From: Candidatus Poribacteria bacterium
Lineage (GTDB): Bacteria; Poribacteria; WGA-4E; WGA-3G
Assembly: GCA_022823085.1 (NCBI GenBank)
Contig: JAJDXV010000087.1
Coordinates: 34,054 to 98,053 of the forward strand
DNA: 64,000 nucleotides
Direction: 5' to 3'
Positions 19,447 through 28,741 of this stretch are shown one piece after another. Made by a program: the position numbers and the translations under genes. Below the pieces are notes generated by a model, which searched no databases, had not been told where the DNA came from, and saw nothing but the letters and a program-made list of their open reading frames with translations. Positions within the stretch are counted from its first letter, which is position 1. The number at the start of each line of letters is the position of its first letter.

Positions 19447-21558
19447 TCACTCGAGGTTCATGGCTGCTAACCCGTTGTCCGTCGCTATCCATACCCTATC
19501 GTTACCTATGGCAAATGCGTGTATGATCAATTCACCGTCAACGATTCTTGTATCTTCCCACTCCCCAGAACGGGTATGATGCGTATAAAAAAGATCGTTC
19601 GTCGCGATCCATAACACCAGAGGGGTCGGCGGTGGCGGCGGTTGGATTTTCGACACCTCGGTCTGTGATTCAACTTCTAACGCCTCCGTCTCAAGAACAG
19701 ATTCAGGTGTCAGGGGATCCTCCACCTCCGCAGGGAATTGAGGTTCCTCGTCTATTAACGGTTCCGGGGTATCAACAGGCAATCCCTCGTTCTCTTCCAC
19801 AACAACGGGTGAATCGTCAAGAACGCCTTCAATGTAAATACGCCTTAATTTTATCTCATCCGTTATACCTGTATGCAGCGTCGTCGATTTGCCATTCACA
19901 CCGTCCAAGTCCGCTCGGAAATAACCGTTCGACTGTTCATCCGTATTAAACCACGTAAACAACAGTTGATCCTCAGCAATATCAAACCCAACAACCGTCA
20001 TGCCTTTGTGCATTTCTGTCGAATTATAGAGCGACCACTCTTCGACCTCGACCTCACGGTTGAACGTCACGATCGCGCCGTCCGCTGAAGCACCCCAAAC
20101 CGTCGTAGGGGTCAGCAACAACGTTTCAATGTTATCTGCTTGAATAAAACTCTGCTGCCTATTGTAAAAAATCGGCGGATTCACAGTGCCACGAATCTTA
20201 CGAATAACACCGACATCCGTAGCGAACCAAACCTCCCTATCATCCATCTTGATGTCCTTAACCCAAGCAGGGAATCCGTCGGCTGGCGGATAGGTCTGGA
20301 TCGCGCCTGTCCGTTTATCGTAATGAACTGCCCCGTGAAAACGGGTACCCACCCACACCTCGTCTGAATTCACTGTGATAGCTCGGACATCCGGCACTGT
20401 TCCCGTCGCACTATTTATCAGTTGTGGCACGGCCGGAATCGGCATCCAGTTATTGAAAGCGGTCTCAAAAAGCATCACGCCGCTCGCTGTACCAACCCAT
20501 AACCGTGTGCCATCGACCGCAATCGCTTGAACACGATTGTCAGGCAGATTGTTGGCAACTGTATAGACTGTCCAGCGGGTCTGATCCAGGAGCTGTTTCG
20601 CACGCTCTTTCACCGCCTCATCTACACTCATATTGTAGACCTCTGCAGCTTCATTCCCGGCTTCTTCGACGCTACCCAACTTTAAGTTGACTTCAGCACG
20701 GGTCAAGCGTGCCTCATAAACCCGATCGCCGACCGGATAACGTAGAATAAATCCCCGCAACGTATGCAGTGCGTCCTCCAACCGACCGGTTTTCGCTTGT
20801 AATTTCCCAACAAGGAAAAGTGCTTTTTCGTGCGACAACATGTCCGGATACTGTTTAACCGCCGATTCCAAAAGTGATAACCCCGCATTGTCATCCAGTA
20901 ACTGTTCAGCGAGCAGGAAACCGGTGATATAACTCAATCCAGGGACAGACTCGTGGTCCGGATAATACTGTAGGATGAGTCGATAGTTCTCTACCGCTTC
21001 ACCGTAAGCCTCATTGGCGAGCGCAGCGTCCCCAAGTTCCCGAAAATGCGGCACCAATGCAAAATTCACCGCATCAAGGATCGCTACAGAACGGAATCGT
21101 TCCAAGGCATTTGTATTGTCTCCATTCGCCTTGTAAAGTAAACCGAGCTGATAATGCGCATCCGGGTATTTCGGAAACTCTTCGATAGCGGCTTCAAACC
21201 GATTTCTCGCTCGCTCAGGAAGCCCTAACTCCAGCAGCATAAGCCCGTTCCGAAAATACTTCGCAGCCGTGCGATCCGCAACGTTTTCAAGGTTTGACGT
21301 GAAACTAAGGCTATGCCCTGTCAAAGGAAGCCGTAAAACCTGACCCTGATATTCAATCTCAAAATGGGTCTCAGTGCCACCACGCCAAATACCGGTCAGT
21401 CTATCGCCGTTCTCTCTATCTACAATGACGTACTGTTCCCCATAAGCCAGATGCTGCTGATAGACGAACAGAACAATTACGGATGTTAATAATAGAAATA
21501 GGTGAAAAGTCTTCTGTTTTTTGGTGTGTGTATTTTTTTTCAACGTCTGATGCAACAT
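19447..21558 (-). CDS. membrane-anchored TPR + two-component-regulator-propeller-like repeat protein
   Basis: N-terminal TM segment, several TPR-like helices, then recurring VW(V/F/I)(G/A)T..G repeats (LWVGTASG, VWVGTRFHG, VWFATDVG, VWIATDNG). Confidence 0.6.
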   Translation of the reverse strand: MLHQTLKKNTHTKKQKTFHLFLLLTSVIVLFVYQQHLAYGEQYVIVDRENGDRLTGIWRGGTETHFEIEYQGQVLRLPLTGHSLSFTSNLENVADRTAAKYFRNGLMLLELGLPERARNRFEAAIEEFPKYPDAHYQLGLLYKANGDNTNALERFRSVAILDAVNFALVPHFRELGDAALANEAYGEAVENYRLILQYYPDHESVPGLSYITGFLLAEQLLDDNAGLSLLESAVKQYPDMLSHEKALFLVGKLQAKTGRLEDALHTLRGFILRYPVGDRVYEARLTRAEVNLKLGSVEEAGNEAAEVYNMSVDEAVKERAKQLLDQTRWTVYTVANNLPDNRVQAIAVDGTRLWVGTASGVMLFETAFNNWMPIPAVPQLINSATGTVPDVRAITVNSDEVWVGTRFHGAVHYDKRTGAIQTYPPADGFPAWVKDIKMDDREVWFATDVGVIRKIRGTVNPPIFYNRQQSFIQADNIETLLLTPTTVWGASADGAIVTFNREVEVEEWSLYNSTEMHKGMTVVGFDIAEDQLLFTWFNTDEQSNGYFRADLDGVNGKSTTLHTGITDEIKLRRIYIEGVLDDSPVVVEENEGLPVDTPEPLIDEEPQFPAEVEDPLTPESVLETEALEVESQTEVSKIQPPPPPTPLVLWIATNDLFYTHHTRSGEWEDTRIVDGELIIHAFAIGNDRVWIATDNGLAAMNLE

Positions 21559-21662
21559 ATTTTACCTGCAAAACACGGAATGATAGATATTTGTTAGAAC
21601 TTATAATATCAGAAACGTTGAGAAATGTCAAGATCGTTTGACCGATAATTTCTCGTCAAAAC

Positions 21663-21711
21663 TGCCCTATTTCGTGCAGATGGGTACTGAAGTATGCCCT
21701 ATTTTGTGCAG
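21663..21711. promoter_or_regulatory. two 17-nt direct repeats TGCCCTATTT(C/T)GTGCAG, 32 nt apart, in a divergent intergenic region
   Basis: The repeats are 21663-21679 and 21695-21711 with one mismatch. They lie about 135 nt upstream of the predicted promoter of 21907-23145. Confidence 0.4.
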
Positions 21712-21844
21712 CAATTTGCGGATGTTTATAAAGTTGCTATCCGTACGGTCTCATTCAGATTCGGCACGAAAATTGCTATATTGGCTTCAGTTTTCCTGCG
21801 AATTGACTATTTCTAAATCGTCCTGTAAATTTACACACCCGTGC

Positions 21845-21873
21845 TTGACATATTTTCAAAGTCCTGTTAGTAT
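21845..21873 (+). promoter_or_regulatory. sigma70-type promoter TTGACA-N17-TAGTAT
   Basis: -35 at 21845-21850 and -10 at 21868-21873. The AAGGAG RBS and ATG 21907 follow. Confidence 0.6.
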
Positions 21874-21906
21874 ATTCAGAACTAATACTTGGTAAGGAGA
21901 AGAAAG

Positions 21907-23145
21907 ATGAAGAAGTTCATAATTGCAGAAATCTGTGTTCTGCTTGCACTTGCTGGTGGGTTTTGGCTGGGGCGTGTCACAGGAGACAGCACCAGTTACG
22001 AAGACTACTACGACAACGCAGATAAGGCGTGGGCGGTGGTAAAAGCACTCGACGAACCACCCGTAACACTTGATAGTCCAGATACGAACCGGCTACGGAA
22101 GGTCCGAGCTGCATACCGTGAAGTTTTCGACAAATTCCCTGACAGCCTGTGGGCTGATGATGCGATCTATCAGCTCGCTTCACGCATCCCACGCACCGAT
22201 GAAGAGGCTTTCGCACTCTTCCGACGGCTCATCAACAATTATCCTGACAGTGAGTGGGCAGACGATTCCATGTATGCCATCGCGTTCGCCTCTTATAAAA
22301 TCGCTGAGGACTTAAAGCGGACCGGGACACTCGAATCCGTTGATTCTTATTACGACCGCGCACTCTCTCTTTACAAGCAATTAATAGCCTTATATCCCGG
22401 TAGCGACTTATCAGACCAAGCACAGTTTAATACGGCGATGTGCCACTATGGGAAAGGCGAATTAAACATTGCGCTTTCAACGTTTGACACACTGCGAGAA
22501 CCGTTCCGTGCCAGTCCCCTCCTCTATCAGATTTTATACGTTACCGGCGAGATTTATCTCAAGAAGCAGGAATATGAGAACGCACGCGTCGAATTTACAA
22601 ACGTCGTCGATTCTGGCGATCCAGACCTCGCACCTTTGGCGAGTTTCGGGATCCCGCAGACCTATCTCGCAGAGGGAAAATATCAGGAGGCAATTGACGG
22701 CTACCAGAAAGTCGTTGATCTCTATCCAGACACCAAAGCCGGGCAGGACGCACACTTCTATATGGGATGGGCGTACGAACGACTCGGTAACTACGACGAA
22801 GCCATCGCCCAACTTCAGAAAGCCATTGAGCTCTACCCGCGCAACGAAAATGCCGCCAATTCTCAGGTTTACATCGGACAGATCGCATACGCCAGCGAGG
22901 ATATAGCGAGCGCGGTTGATGCGTATCAGAAGGTGGCGGATAACGGCACCTACGATTACGATAACCGACGGGCAGCGCAATATTGGATCGGTAAGATCTA
23001 TGAGGACAACGGGGATACGGATTTAGCGATAGAAGCCTATCAGAAGCTTCTCAAAAATTTTCCAGAACCACATAGAGAGGCATCGCATCAATCAAATAAC
23101 ATCACTGAGAACCATATCCAAAGCCTAAGAAGCACGGGGTTCTAA
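21907..23145 (+). CDS. TPR-repeat protein with N-terminal membrane anchor/signal (YbgF/BamD-like repeats)
   Basis: MKKFIIAEICVLLALAGG, then repeated W(A)DD(A/S).Y and TPR-like units. Confidence 0.65.
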   Translation: MKKFIIAEICVLLALAGGFWLGRVTGDSTSYEDYYDNADKAWAVVKALDEPPVTLDSPDTNRLRKVRAAYREVFDKFPDSLWADDAIYQLASRIPRTDEEAFALFRRLINNYPDSEWADDSMYAIAFASYKIAEDLKRTGTLESVDSYYDRALSLYKQLIALYPGSDLSDQAQFNTAMCHYGKGELNIALSTFDTLREPFRASPLLYQILYVTGEIYLKKQEYENARVEFTNVVDSGDPDLAPLASFGIPQTYLAEGKYQEAIDGYQKVVDLYPDTKAGQDAHFYMGWAYERLGNYDEAIAQLQKAIELYPRNENAANSQVYIGQIAYASEDIASAVDAYQKVADNGTYDYDNRRAAQYWIGKIYEDNGDTDLAIEAYQKLLKNFPEPHREASHQSNNITENHIQSLRSTGF

Positions 23146-24330
23146 TGCTTGTTCGAGATCAGCCAGAATGTCTTCGATATCCTCCAAACCGACAGAGATT
23201 CTGACCAAGCCGTCTGTAATTCCGATCTGCTGGCGGATTTCCGTTGGTACGTGTGAGTGCGTCGTTGATGCAGGATGGCAGATAAGTGTCCGGACATCTC
23301 CGAGGCTGACGGCGAGTGCGCAGCGTTCGAGACGATCGACGAGGTGTTCCCCGGCGGTGCGTCCACCTTTCAATTCGAGTGTAATCATGCCACCGAACGC
23401 TTCCATCTGCCGTTCTGCCAGTTGATGTTGTGGATGGCTCGGCAAGCCCGGATACCGAACCCACGCCACTCCTGGGTGTGTCTCCAGAAACTCGGCGACT
23501 TGCACTGCATTCTCGCAGTGCCGGGCGAATCGGACAGGTAACGTCGTGATACCGTGTAGTGTTAGCCACGCATTGAACGGACTAATAACTGCGCCAAAGT
23601 TGCGTAGTGCCCCTGTTTTAGCGTGCGTAATAAATTCCTTTTCTCCGACAATCGCACCGGCAACCACCGCCCCCGTACCACTCAAATATTTCGTCATACT
23701 GTGGACGACGACATCAATACCGAAGGCAATCGGTTGCTGTCCGCACGGTGTCGCGAACGTGTTATCAATAATTGAGGTCACCCCGTGTGCCTTTGCAATC
23801 CCGGCGGCTCCGCGTAAGTCTATCAGTCTCAGGAGTGGGTTTGTCGGGCTTTCGAGATAGAGGACTTTCGTATCCTTCCTGATCGCGCGTTCAATTTGCG
23901 AGAGGTCGGTGGAATCAACAAAGGTCGTCTCGATGCCAAACCGCCGCAGGTCTTCGTTGAGAATTTGGAAGGTCGCGGAATAGAGGTTTGCCATAGCGAC
24001 GACATGTCCACCCTCGGCTAAGGCAGTCAGCAGTGCCGTGCTGACTGCCCCCATCCCCGATGCTGTCGCGAGTGCCGCTTCGCCTGCCTCAAGGACGGCA
24101 AGTTTCTTTTCTAATACATCCTGTGTCGGATTCCCCCAACGGGTATATACATAACCGCTATCTTCGTCTCGGAACGCTTCCGCACATTCTGCGGCTGTTG
24201 TGAAACGAAAGGTACTGTTCTGATAGATAGGTGGTAGTAGAGGTATCCCGCTTTTTCCGGTAGAGGATGTCCCTCTTTCGCCTGCATGAATGGCTTGTGT
24301 GGATTTGCCTAATTTTTTCTCAACAGTCAT
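23125..24330 (-). CDS. Cys/Met-metabolism PLP-dependent enzyme (cystathionine gamma-synthase / methionine gamma-lyase family)
   Basis: YTRWGNPT, and SMTKYLSG (PLP lysine). Length and layout are typical. Confidence 0.85.
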   Translation of the reverse strand: MTVEKKLGKSTQAIHAGERGTSSTGKSGIPLLPPIYQNSTFRFTTAAECAEAFRDEDSGYVYTRWGNPTQDVLEKKLAVLEAGEAALATASGMGAVSTALLTALAEGGHVVAMANLYSATFQILNEDLRRFGIETTFVDSTDLSQIERAIRKDTKVLYLESPTNPLLRLIDLRGAAGIAKAHGVTSIIDNTFATPCGQQPIAFGIDVVVHSMTKYLSGTGAVVAGAIVGEKEFITHAKTGALRNFGAVISPFNAWLTLHGITTLPVRFARHCENAVQVAEFLETHPGVAWVRYPGLPSHPQHQLAERQMEAFGGMITLELKGGRTAGEHLVDRLERCALAVSLGDVRTLICHPASTTHSHVPTEIRQQIGITDGLVRISVGLEDIEDILADLEQALEPRAS

Positions 24331-24384
24331 TTAAATAAAACTCCCAGAAAACCTACTTTTGATGCTTGCGCGAAGTTGGCATCC

Positions 24385-24954
24385 TTACTTCAAGTTCTCG
24401 ATGTCCTGACCTTCAAGGGCTAACAATTGGCGTTTCCGATCTAATCCGCCGCCGTAGCCACCCAATACGCCATTACTTCTGATGACACGATGGCACGGAA
24501 CAAGGATTGATACAGGATTGGCACCAACTGCGTTGCCAACAGCACGCCCTGATTTCGGTCGCCCGATCTGATCGGCGATCCATTGATAGGATCGTACTTC
24601 TCCATACGGAATTTGCTGAATCGTCTTCCAGACCTGCTGCTGGAAATCCGTACCGTATGCTAATTGTACCGATATCTCAGCGAAATTGATCGCGCCTCCG
24701 GCAAAATAGATGTCCAACAACTTAATCGTTCTGGCGAGAACAGGGAGCGTTGGTGGAAAGGTAGGTCCAGATGAAGGTTCTGCTTCACTAAAGGAAACGC
24801 TCGAAATACGGTTTTCTTCAGGGATGATGTCTATCCATCCTATAGGCGATTTATAGCAAAAACTCGGGATCCCGAAGGTATTTCTTAACCTTCTTAAACC
24901 GTCATCACCGCCTAAGGCATTGGAGATAGCTTCTAACGGATTTGATTTGCTCAT
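24385..24954 (-). CDS. ogt: methylated-DNA--protein-cysteine methyltransferase
   Basis: VPCHRVIRSNG active site, and IPYGEVRSYQWIA. Confidence 0.85.
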   Translation of the reverse strand: MSKSNPLEAISNALGGDDGLRRLRNTFGIPSFCYKSPIGWIDIIPEENRISSVSFSEAEPSSGPTFPPTLPVLARTIKLLDIYFAGGAINFAEISVQLAYGTDFQQQVWKTIQQIPYGEVRSYQWIADQIGRPKSGRAVGNAVGANPVSILVPCHRVIRSNGVLGGYGGGLDRKRQLLALEGQDIENLK

Positions 24955-25029
24955 TTTAAAACTCCTAAAATTTTGTTAAAAAGTCACTTGACTTTATCGG
25001 TGTTACTACGATATGCTATATCGCAAACT

Positions 25030-25428
25030 ATGGCTATATTTGAAACATCAGAACAACTCTATAGTTATATGAGTGAGTTGTTTGCAGAAATTGCAACTTT
25101 ACCAGAAGCGCGAGAGACACTGAAGACCTTGACACTGAGTGTCCAGTTTAACTATACCGCGCCTGATTGTACGATGACGCTAACCGCAGCAAATGGCGAG
25201 TATCGCGTTATCCGTGGTGCCTGTGATGTCACGGCACCAGATGTTGAACTCACGATGACAGGCGATGTCGCTCACAGGTTTTGGACAGGCGAACTCAACG
25301 TCATGCGTGCCATTACGACACGTGAAATCGGTGTCATCGGTTCCCTCGGTAAAGTGATGCGCCTCACACCGCTCATTAAGACTGCCGTTCGCTATAACCG
25401 TGAGCGAGAAATTAATTGCGATTCTTGA
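25030..25428 (+). CDS. SCP2 sterol-binding-domain-like protein
   Basis: About 130 aa. The C-terminal part GELNVMRAITTREIGVIGSLGKVMRL resembles the SCP2 fold signature. ATG at 25030 is preferred. Confidence 0.5.
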   Translation: MAIFETSEQLYSYMSELFAEIATLPEARETLKTLTLSVQFNYTAPDCTMTLTAANGEYRVIRGACDVTAPDVELTMTGDVAHRFWTGELNVMRAITTREIGVIGSLGKVMRLTPLIKTAVRYNREREINCDS

Positions 25429-25497
25429 GTTTACGACAGAAAACGGAGGCACTTGGATTGTCCCGAGCCGAAAACCGCGAGCCAACTGTCTGGATCT

Positions 25498-25558
25498 AAA
25501 GTAGTAGGCACGCTCCACCGTGCCGCAACACAAAGTAGTAGGCACACACCTTGTGCCT
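25498..25558. repeat. tandem pair of AAAGTAGTAGGCAC modules, each forming a GGCAC...GTGCC hairpin
   Basis: The modules are 25498-25524 and 25532-25558. They lie just upstream of the VOC gene start. Confidence 0.8.
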
Positions 25559-25575
25559 TATAAAAGGAATCTTTT

Positions 25576-26004
25576 ATGTCAACAACACTTGTACACATCG
25601 GTGTCCGCACGACCGATTTGGAGAAGAGTATCCGTTTCTGGCGCGATGCGCTCGGACTGCGTGTCTTTTCAACGATGAACGGTTGCTACGATCTTACCGA
25701 TGGTTATCACAATTTCCGAGTGTTCCAACACCGTGGTCCCGAACGTCCGAAACATGTCGGCGGAATGTTAGACTACCTCCACATCGGTGTCCGGGTTCCG
25801 AATTTGCGGGAAGCCGCGCAGCGGTGTGAGGAACTCGGTTTTGAAATCACTTGGGAAGGCTTAGACGGCAGTAAACCTTACGACCCGAATTCGGACGCGC
25901 TGCCCTCAGAAGCCTTTAAAGTTGAAGACCCTGACGGGATCGTTGTCGATATTACCGAGCAAGACGATCAATGGCCCGGTGTCGATATCGAAAACAAAAA
26001 CTGA
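25576..26004 (+). CDS. VOC (glyoxalase/bleomycin-resistance/dioxygenase) family protein
   Basis: LVHIGVRTTDLEKSIRFWRDALGL, HIGVRVPNL, VEDPDGIVVDI. Confidence 0.75.
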   Translation: MSTTLVHIGVRTTDLEKSIRFWRDALGLRVFSTMNGCYDLTDGYHNFRVFQHRGPERPKHVGGMLDYLHIGVRVPNLREAAQRCEELGFEITWEGLDGSKPYDPNSDALPSEAFKVEDPDGIVVDITEQDDQWPGVDIENKN

Positions 26005-26021
26005 AACTTTAATTCGCCATA

Positions 26022-26042
26022 GGCGCGGCACCCTGCCGCGCC
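26022..26042. terminator. bidirectional stem-loop between convergent genes
   Basis: GGCGCGGCA-CCC-TGCCGCGCC, a 9-bp GC-rich stem between the stops at 26004 (+) and 26054 (-). Confidence 0.55.
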
Positions 26043-26053
26043 CTTACAGAATT

Positions 26054-26758
26054 TTATTCATCACCACCACCCAACAGTCCTAACCGGAACAGGTAATAGA
26101 GCAGTGTCAGCAGACTCGTTACTGCTGCAGCGAGATATGTCAAGAAGGCAGCGTTAAGCACCTTGCTGGCGTGTCGACTCTCTTCTGGTGTGAGCATTCT
26201 CGCTTCGTCTATTGCCAATTTCGCGCGCCTGCTGGCATCCCATTCAACAGGGAGCGTTATCAGCGAAAAAACGACACCCACTGCAAAAAGGGCTACGCCG
26301 AGCAGTAGGAACGGTTGGATAAAGAAACCCACCATTATCAGGATATAAGAGAACATTGAACTGAAATTCGTCGCTGGAACGAGGGCAGTACGCAGGTTTA
26401 ACATCGCGTAGCCGTGTGCGTCCTGCATCGCGTGTCCAGCTTCATGGCAGGCGACTCCTATAGCGGAAAGCGATTGGCTTGAGTAGACATCATCGGATAA
26501 CCGCAAAGCCTTCTTAGATGGATCGTAGTGGTCGCTTAACCAGCCACCAGAGCGTTCAATCCGAACACCACTGACACCGTGCCGCTTTAGCATCAGCTCA
26601 GCAGCCTGTGCCCCGGTCATCCCGCTACGCGATCCGACTTGTGAGTATTTTGAGAATGTCGATTTTGTGCGAAACGTCGCATATAGGGATAAAGCGAGTC
26701 CGGGCGCGAGAAATACAAAATAAAGTGGGTCAAAGAAACCCAAAAACATAATAAACAC
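26054..26758 (-). CDS. membrane zinc metallopeptidase (Zn_peptidase_2-like)
   Basis: HEAGHAMQD zinc motif plus N- and C-terminal TM segments. Confidence 0.8.
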   Translation of the reverse strand: MFIMFLGFFDPLYFVFLAPGLALSLYATFRTKSTFSKYSQVGSRSGMTGAQAAELMLKRHGVSGVRIERSGGWLSDHYDPSKKALRLSDDVYSSQSLSAIGVACHEAGHAMQDAHGYAMLNLRTALVPATNFSSMFSYILIMVGFFIQPFLLLGVALFAVGVVFSLITLPVEWDASRRAKLAIDEARMLTPEESRHASKVLNAAFLTYLAAAVTSLLTLLYYLFRLGLLGGGDE

Positions 26759-26944
26759 CTCCGAATTCTGTTTTTGTTAAGGTTATTAAGTGTCTGTTGC
26801 ATTAAGGAAATTATACGGGATATTGCCGTGAAATTCAAATCATTTTTCTCTGAATTGAAAATTGACGCTATTCCCAGAACGTGTTATACTGCAGCGTGTG
26901 TCTAACCTATTGAAAACGAGCCTATAGAAAACGAGGAAGAACAG

Positions 26945-27784
26945 ATGCTTAAGATAATTGATACCCACCAACACCTCTGGGATACTGAAAACTTGGAATA
27001 CCCGTGGCTTGAGGGGTTTGACCTGTTAGAAAAGCGATATACAGCGGAAGACTATCGCGACGCGATTGGCGACCTTAACGTCGTCAAGTCGGTTCATGTT
27101 GAGGGGGATCCGGCTGAAACGGATGTCGTCAAAGAGGTGGCGTGGTTAACAGAGATCGCTGAGACGGATGGGATGATCGGGGCAATCGCGGCGGCAGCAC
27201 CGTTGGAGAAACCGAACGCCGAGGCTATCCTTTCGCAGCTTGTCGGATTCGGGCTTGTCGTCGGTGTGCGCCGGATGGCGTGGCACCACCCCGATCCAGA
27301 GTTCTATGCGACACCTGAACTGATTAACGGTGTGAAATTGCTGGCGAAGTTTGATCTGTCCTTTGAACTCTGTGCGAATCAGGCGCAGCTGCCAGCAGCG
27401 ATTACATTGGTTAAGGCGACACCGGATGTACGGCATGCACTTAACCACTGTGGAGGACCCGATATAAAAGGTGGGCAGTTTGAACCGTGGGCAACCCATA
27501 TCCGTGAACTCGCCGCTTTTGAGAACGTCCATTGCAAAGTATCAGGGATTGTGACCACGGCAAGCGAAAATTGGACGCGTGAGGAACTCAAGCCGTATAT
27601 CCGGCACCTTGTGGAGGCGTTCGGTTATGAACGGCTCATGTTCGGGAGCGATTGGCCCGTCTGTACGCTGGCGGCGACATATCGGGGGTGGGTAGATGCC
27701 CTCTTGTGGGCTGTCGAAGACGCTTCGGATGCAGAGAGAAACAGGCTTTTCTACCAAAACGCCTCGGCGTTTTATTCGGTATAA
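26945..27784 (+). CDS. amidohydrolase-2 family hydrolase (fuconolactonase-like)
   Basis: IIDTHQHLWD metal-binding start, and FGSDWPV near the C-terminus. Confidence 0.8.
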   Translation: MLKIIDTHQHLWDTENLEYPWLEGFDLLEKRYTAEDYRDAIGDLNVVKSVHVEGDPAETDVVKEVAWLTEIAETDGMIGAIAAAAPLEKPNAEAILSQLVGFGLVVGVRRMAWHHPDPEFYATPELINGVKLLAKFDLSFELCANQAQLPAAITLVKATPDVRHALNHCGGPDIKGGQFEPWATHIRELAAFENVHCKVSGIVTTASENWTREELKPYIRHLVEAFGYERLMFGSDWPVCTLAATYRGWVDALLWAVEDASDAERNRLFYQNASAFYSV

Positions 27785-27912
27785 ATACAGGTCCAAACCC
27801 TATAGCAGTGGTTTCCTAACCATTGGTTGTTACAAACTAGCCACTGCTGGCTTCTATTGAAGTGTTCGGAACCGAACCTATCGGACCTGGAAGTATTTGA
27901 TTAAACTGAGGG

Positions 27913-28130
27913 TGTGTAAAGTTTTTGGCAGCATATTGATTTTTTGAAAACGGACAGGTTTGTGGACATAGCACTCCGCTGAAGCAAAGAGGTTTTTGGA
28001 GAGGTTGGGCTCTTCTCACGCCAGAGGCGTGATATGTCTATAGTGTCAGATGTCAGTGATAAATGCACTCCAGCGGAGTGCTATGTCTTAGAGTGCTTCG
28101 ACATGGTAACGCTGTTAGAATATTTACACA
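27913..28130. repeat. nested palindromic element (outer 8-bp arms, inner perfect 17-bp arms, central 7-bp hairpin)
   Basis: Outer arms: TGTGTAAA 27913-27920 / TTTACACA 28123-28130. Inner arms: GACATAGCACTCCGCTG 27965-27981 / CAGCGGAGTGCTATGTC 28071-28087. Central hairpin: TCACGCC-AGA-GGCGTGA 28016-28032. Confidence 0.85.
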
Positions 28131-28413
28131 TCCTTAAACTCAGGACTATTCAATTTTAAGAAATTATTGGATTGGACGTTTTTTTTAGGATCCGGTGTGA
28201 AAATTTTCTGCTTGATACATATCGCGTTCTGTGTTCACGGTTTTAACTTTTTGTAAAATTCTTGTGAAATGCTGCGACAGGCTGCGAAAATTTCGGTGAA
28301 TTGCTTTAATTGTATATGTATTTTAATTTATATATATTAAGTATTATTACCTGTGAAAAGGACAGCGCAAAAAACCTACAATTGAATGACCCTGCCCTTA
28401 AACTGACTTCTAC

Positions 28414-28442
28414 TTGAACAACCGTTTTGTTTGTGTTATAAT
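28414..28442 (+). promoter_or_regulatory. near-consensus sigma70 promoter TTGAAC-N17-TATAAT
   Basis: -35 at 28414-28419 and -10 at 28437-28442, about 50 nt upstream of the mazE-like ATG. Confidence 0.6.
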
Positions 28443-28493
28443 TATCCTAACATCTTGTCTAATGTAGTTGCTTTCTCAAAAAGGAGTTAATTC

Positions 28494-28733
28494 ATGAAAC
28501 AAGCGGACTATACACCCGATAAACTTTCTGCTGAAGCTTCAGAATCTAAATTGCGTGGTAAGGAAGTTGGGATAGCACCTTGTAGCCAAGAAAGGTCTAG
28601 ACCTATACCACGTCCGAATTATACAATAGAAGAACTTTTAGCCAAGGTCCCAGAACCTAAAGTTAAAGTCCGAAAATCCGGCTTTTCGGAAGAAACAGAC
28701 ACCGGTCCGCCGGTGGGCAAGGAGGTTTGGTAA
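28494..28733 (+). CDS. MazE/PemI-like antitoxin with an atypical N-terminus
   Basis: AAGGAG RBS. The C-terminal YTIEELLAKVPEP...ETDTGPPVGKEVW parallels the MazF-binding tail of E. coli MazE (FTLAELVNDITPEN...IDWGEPKDKEVW). I could not recognise the N-terminal AbrB-type swapped-hairpin sequence. Confidence 0.55.
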   Translation: MKQADYTPDKLSAEASESKLRGKEVGIAPCSQERSRPIPRPNYTIEELLAKVPEPKVKVRKSGFSEETDTGPPVGKEVW

Positions 28734-28741
28734 ACTTCAAT

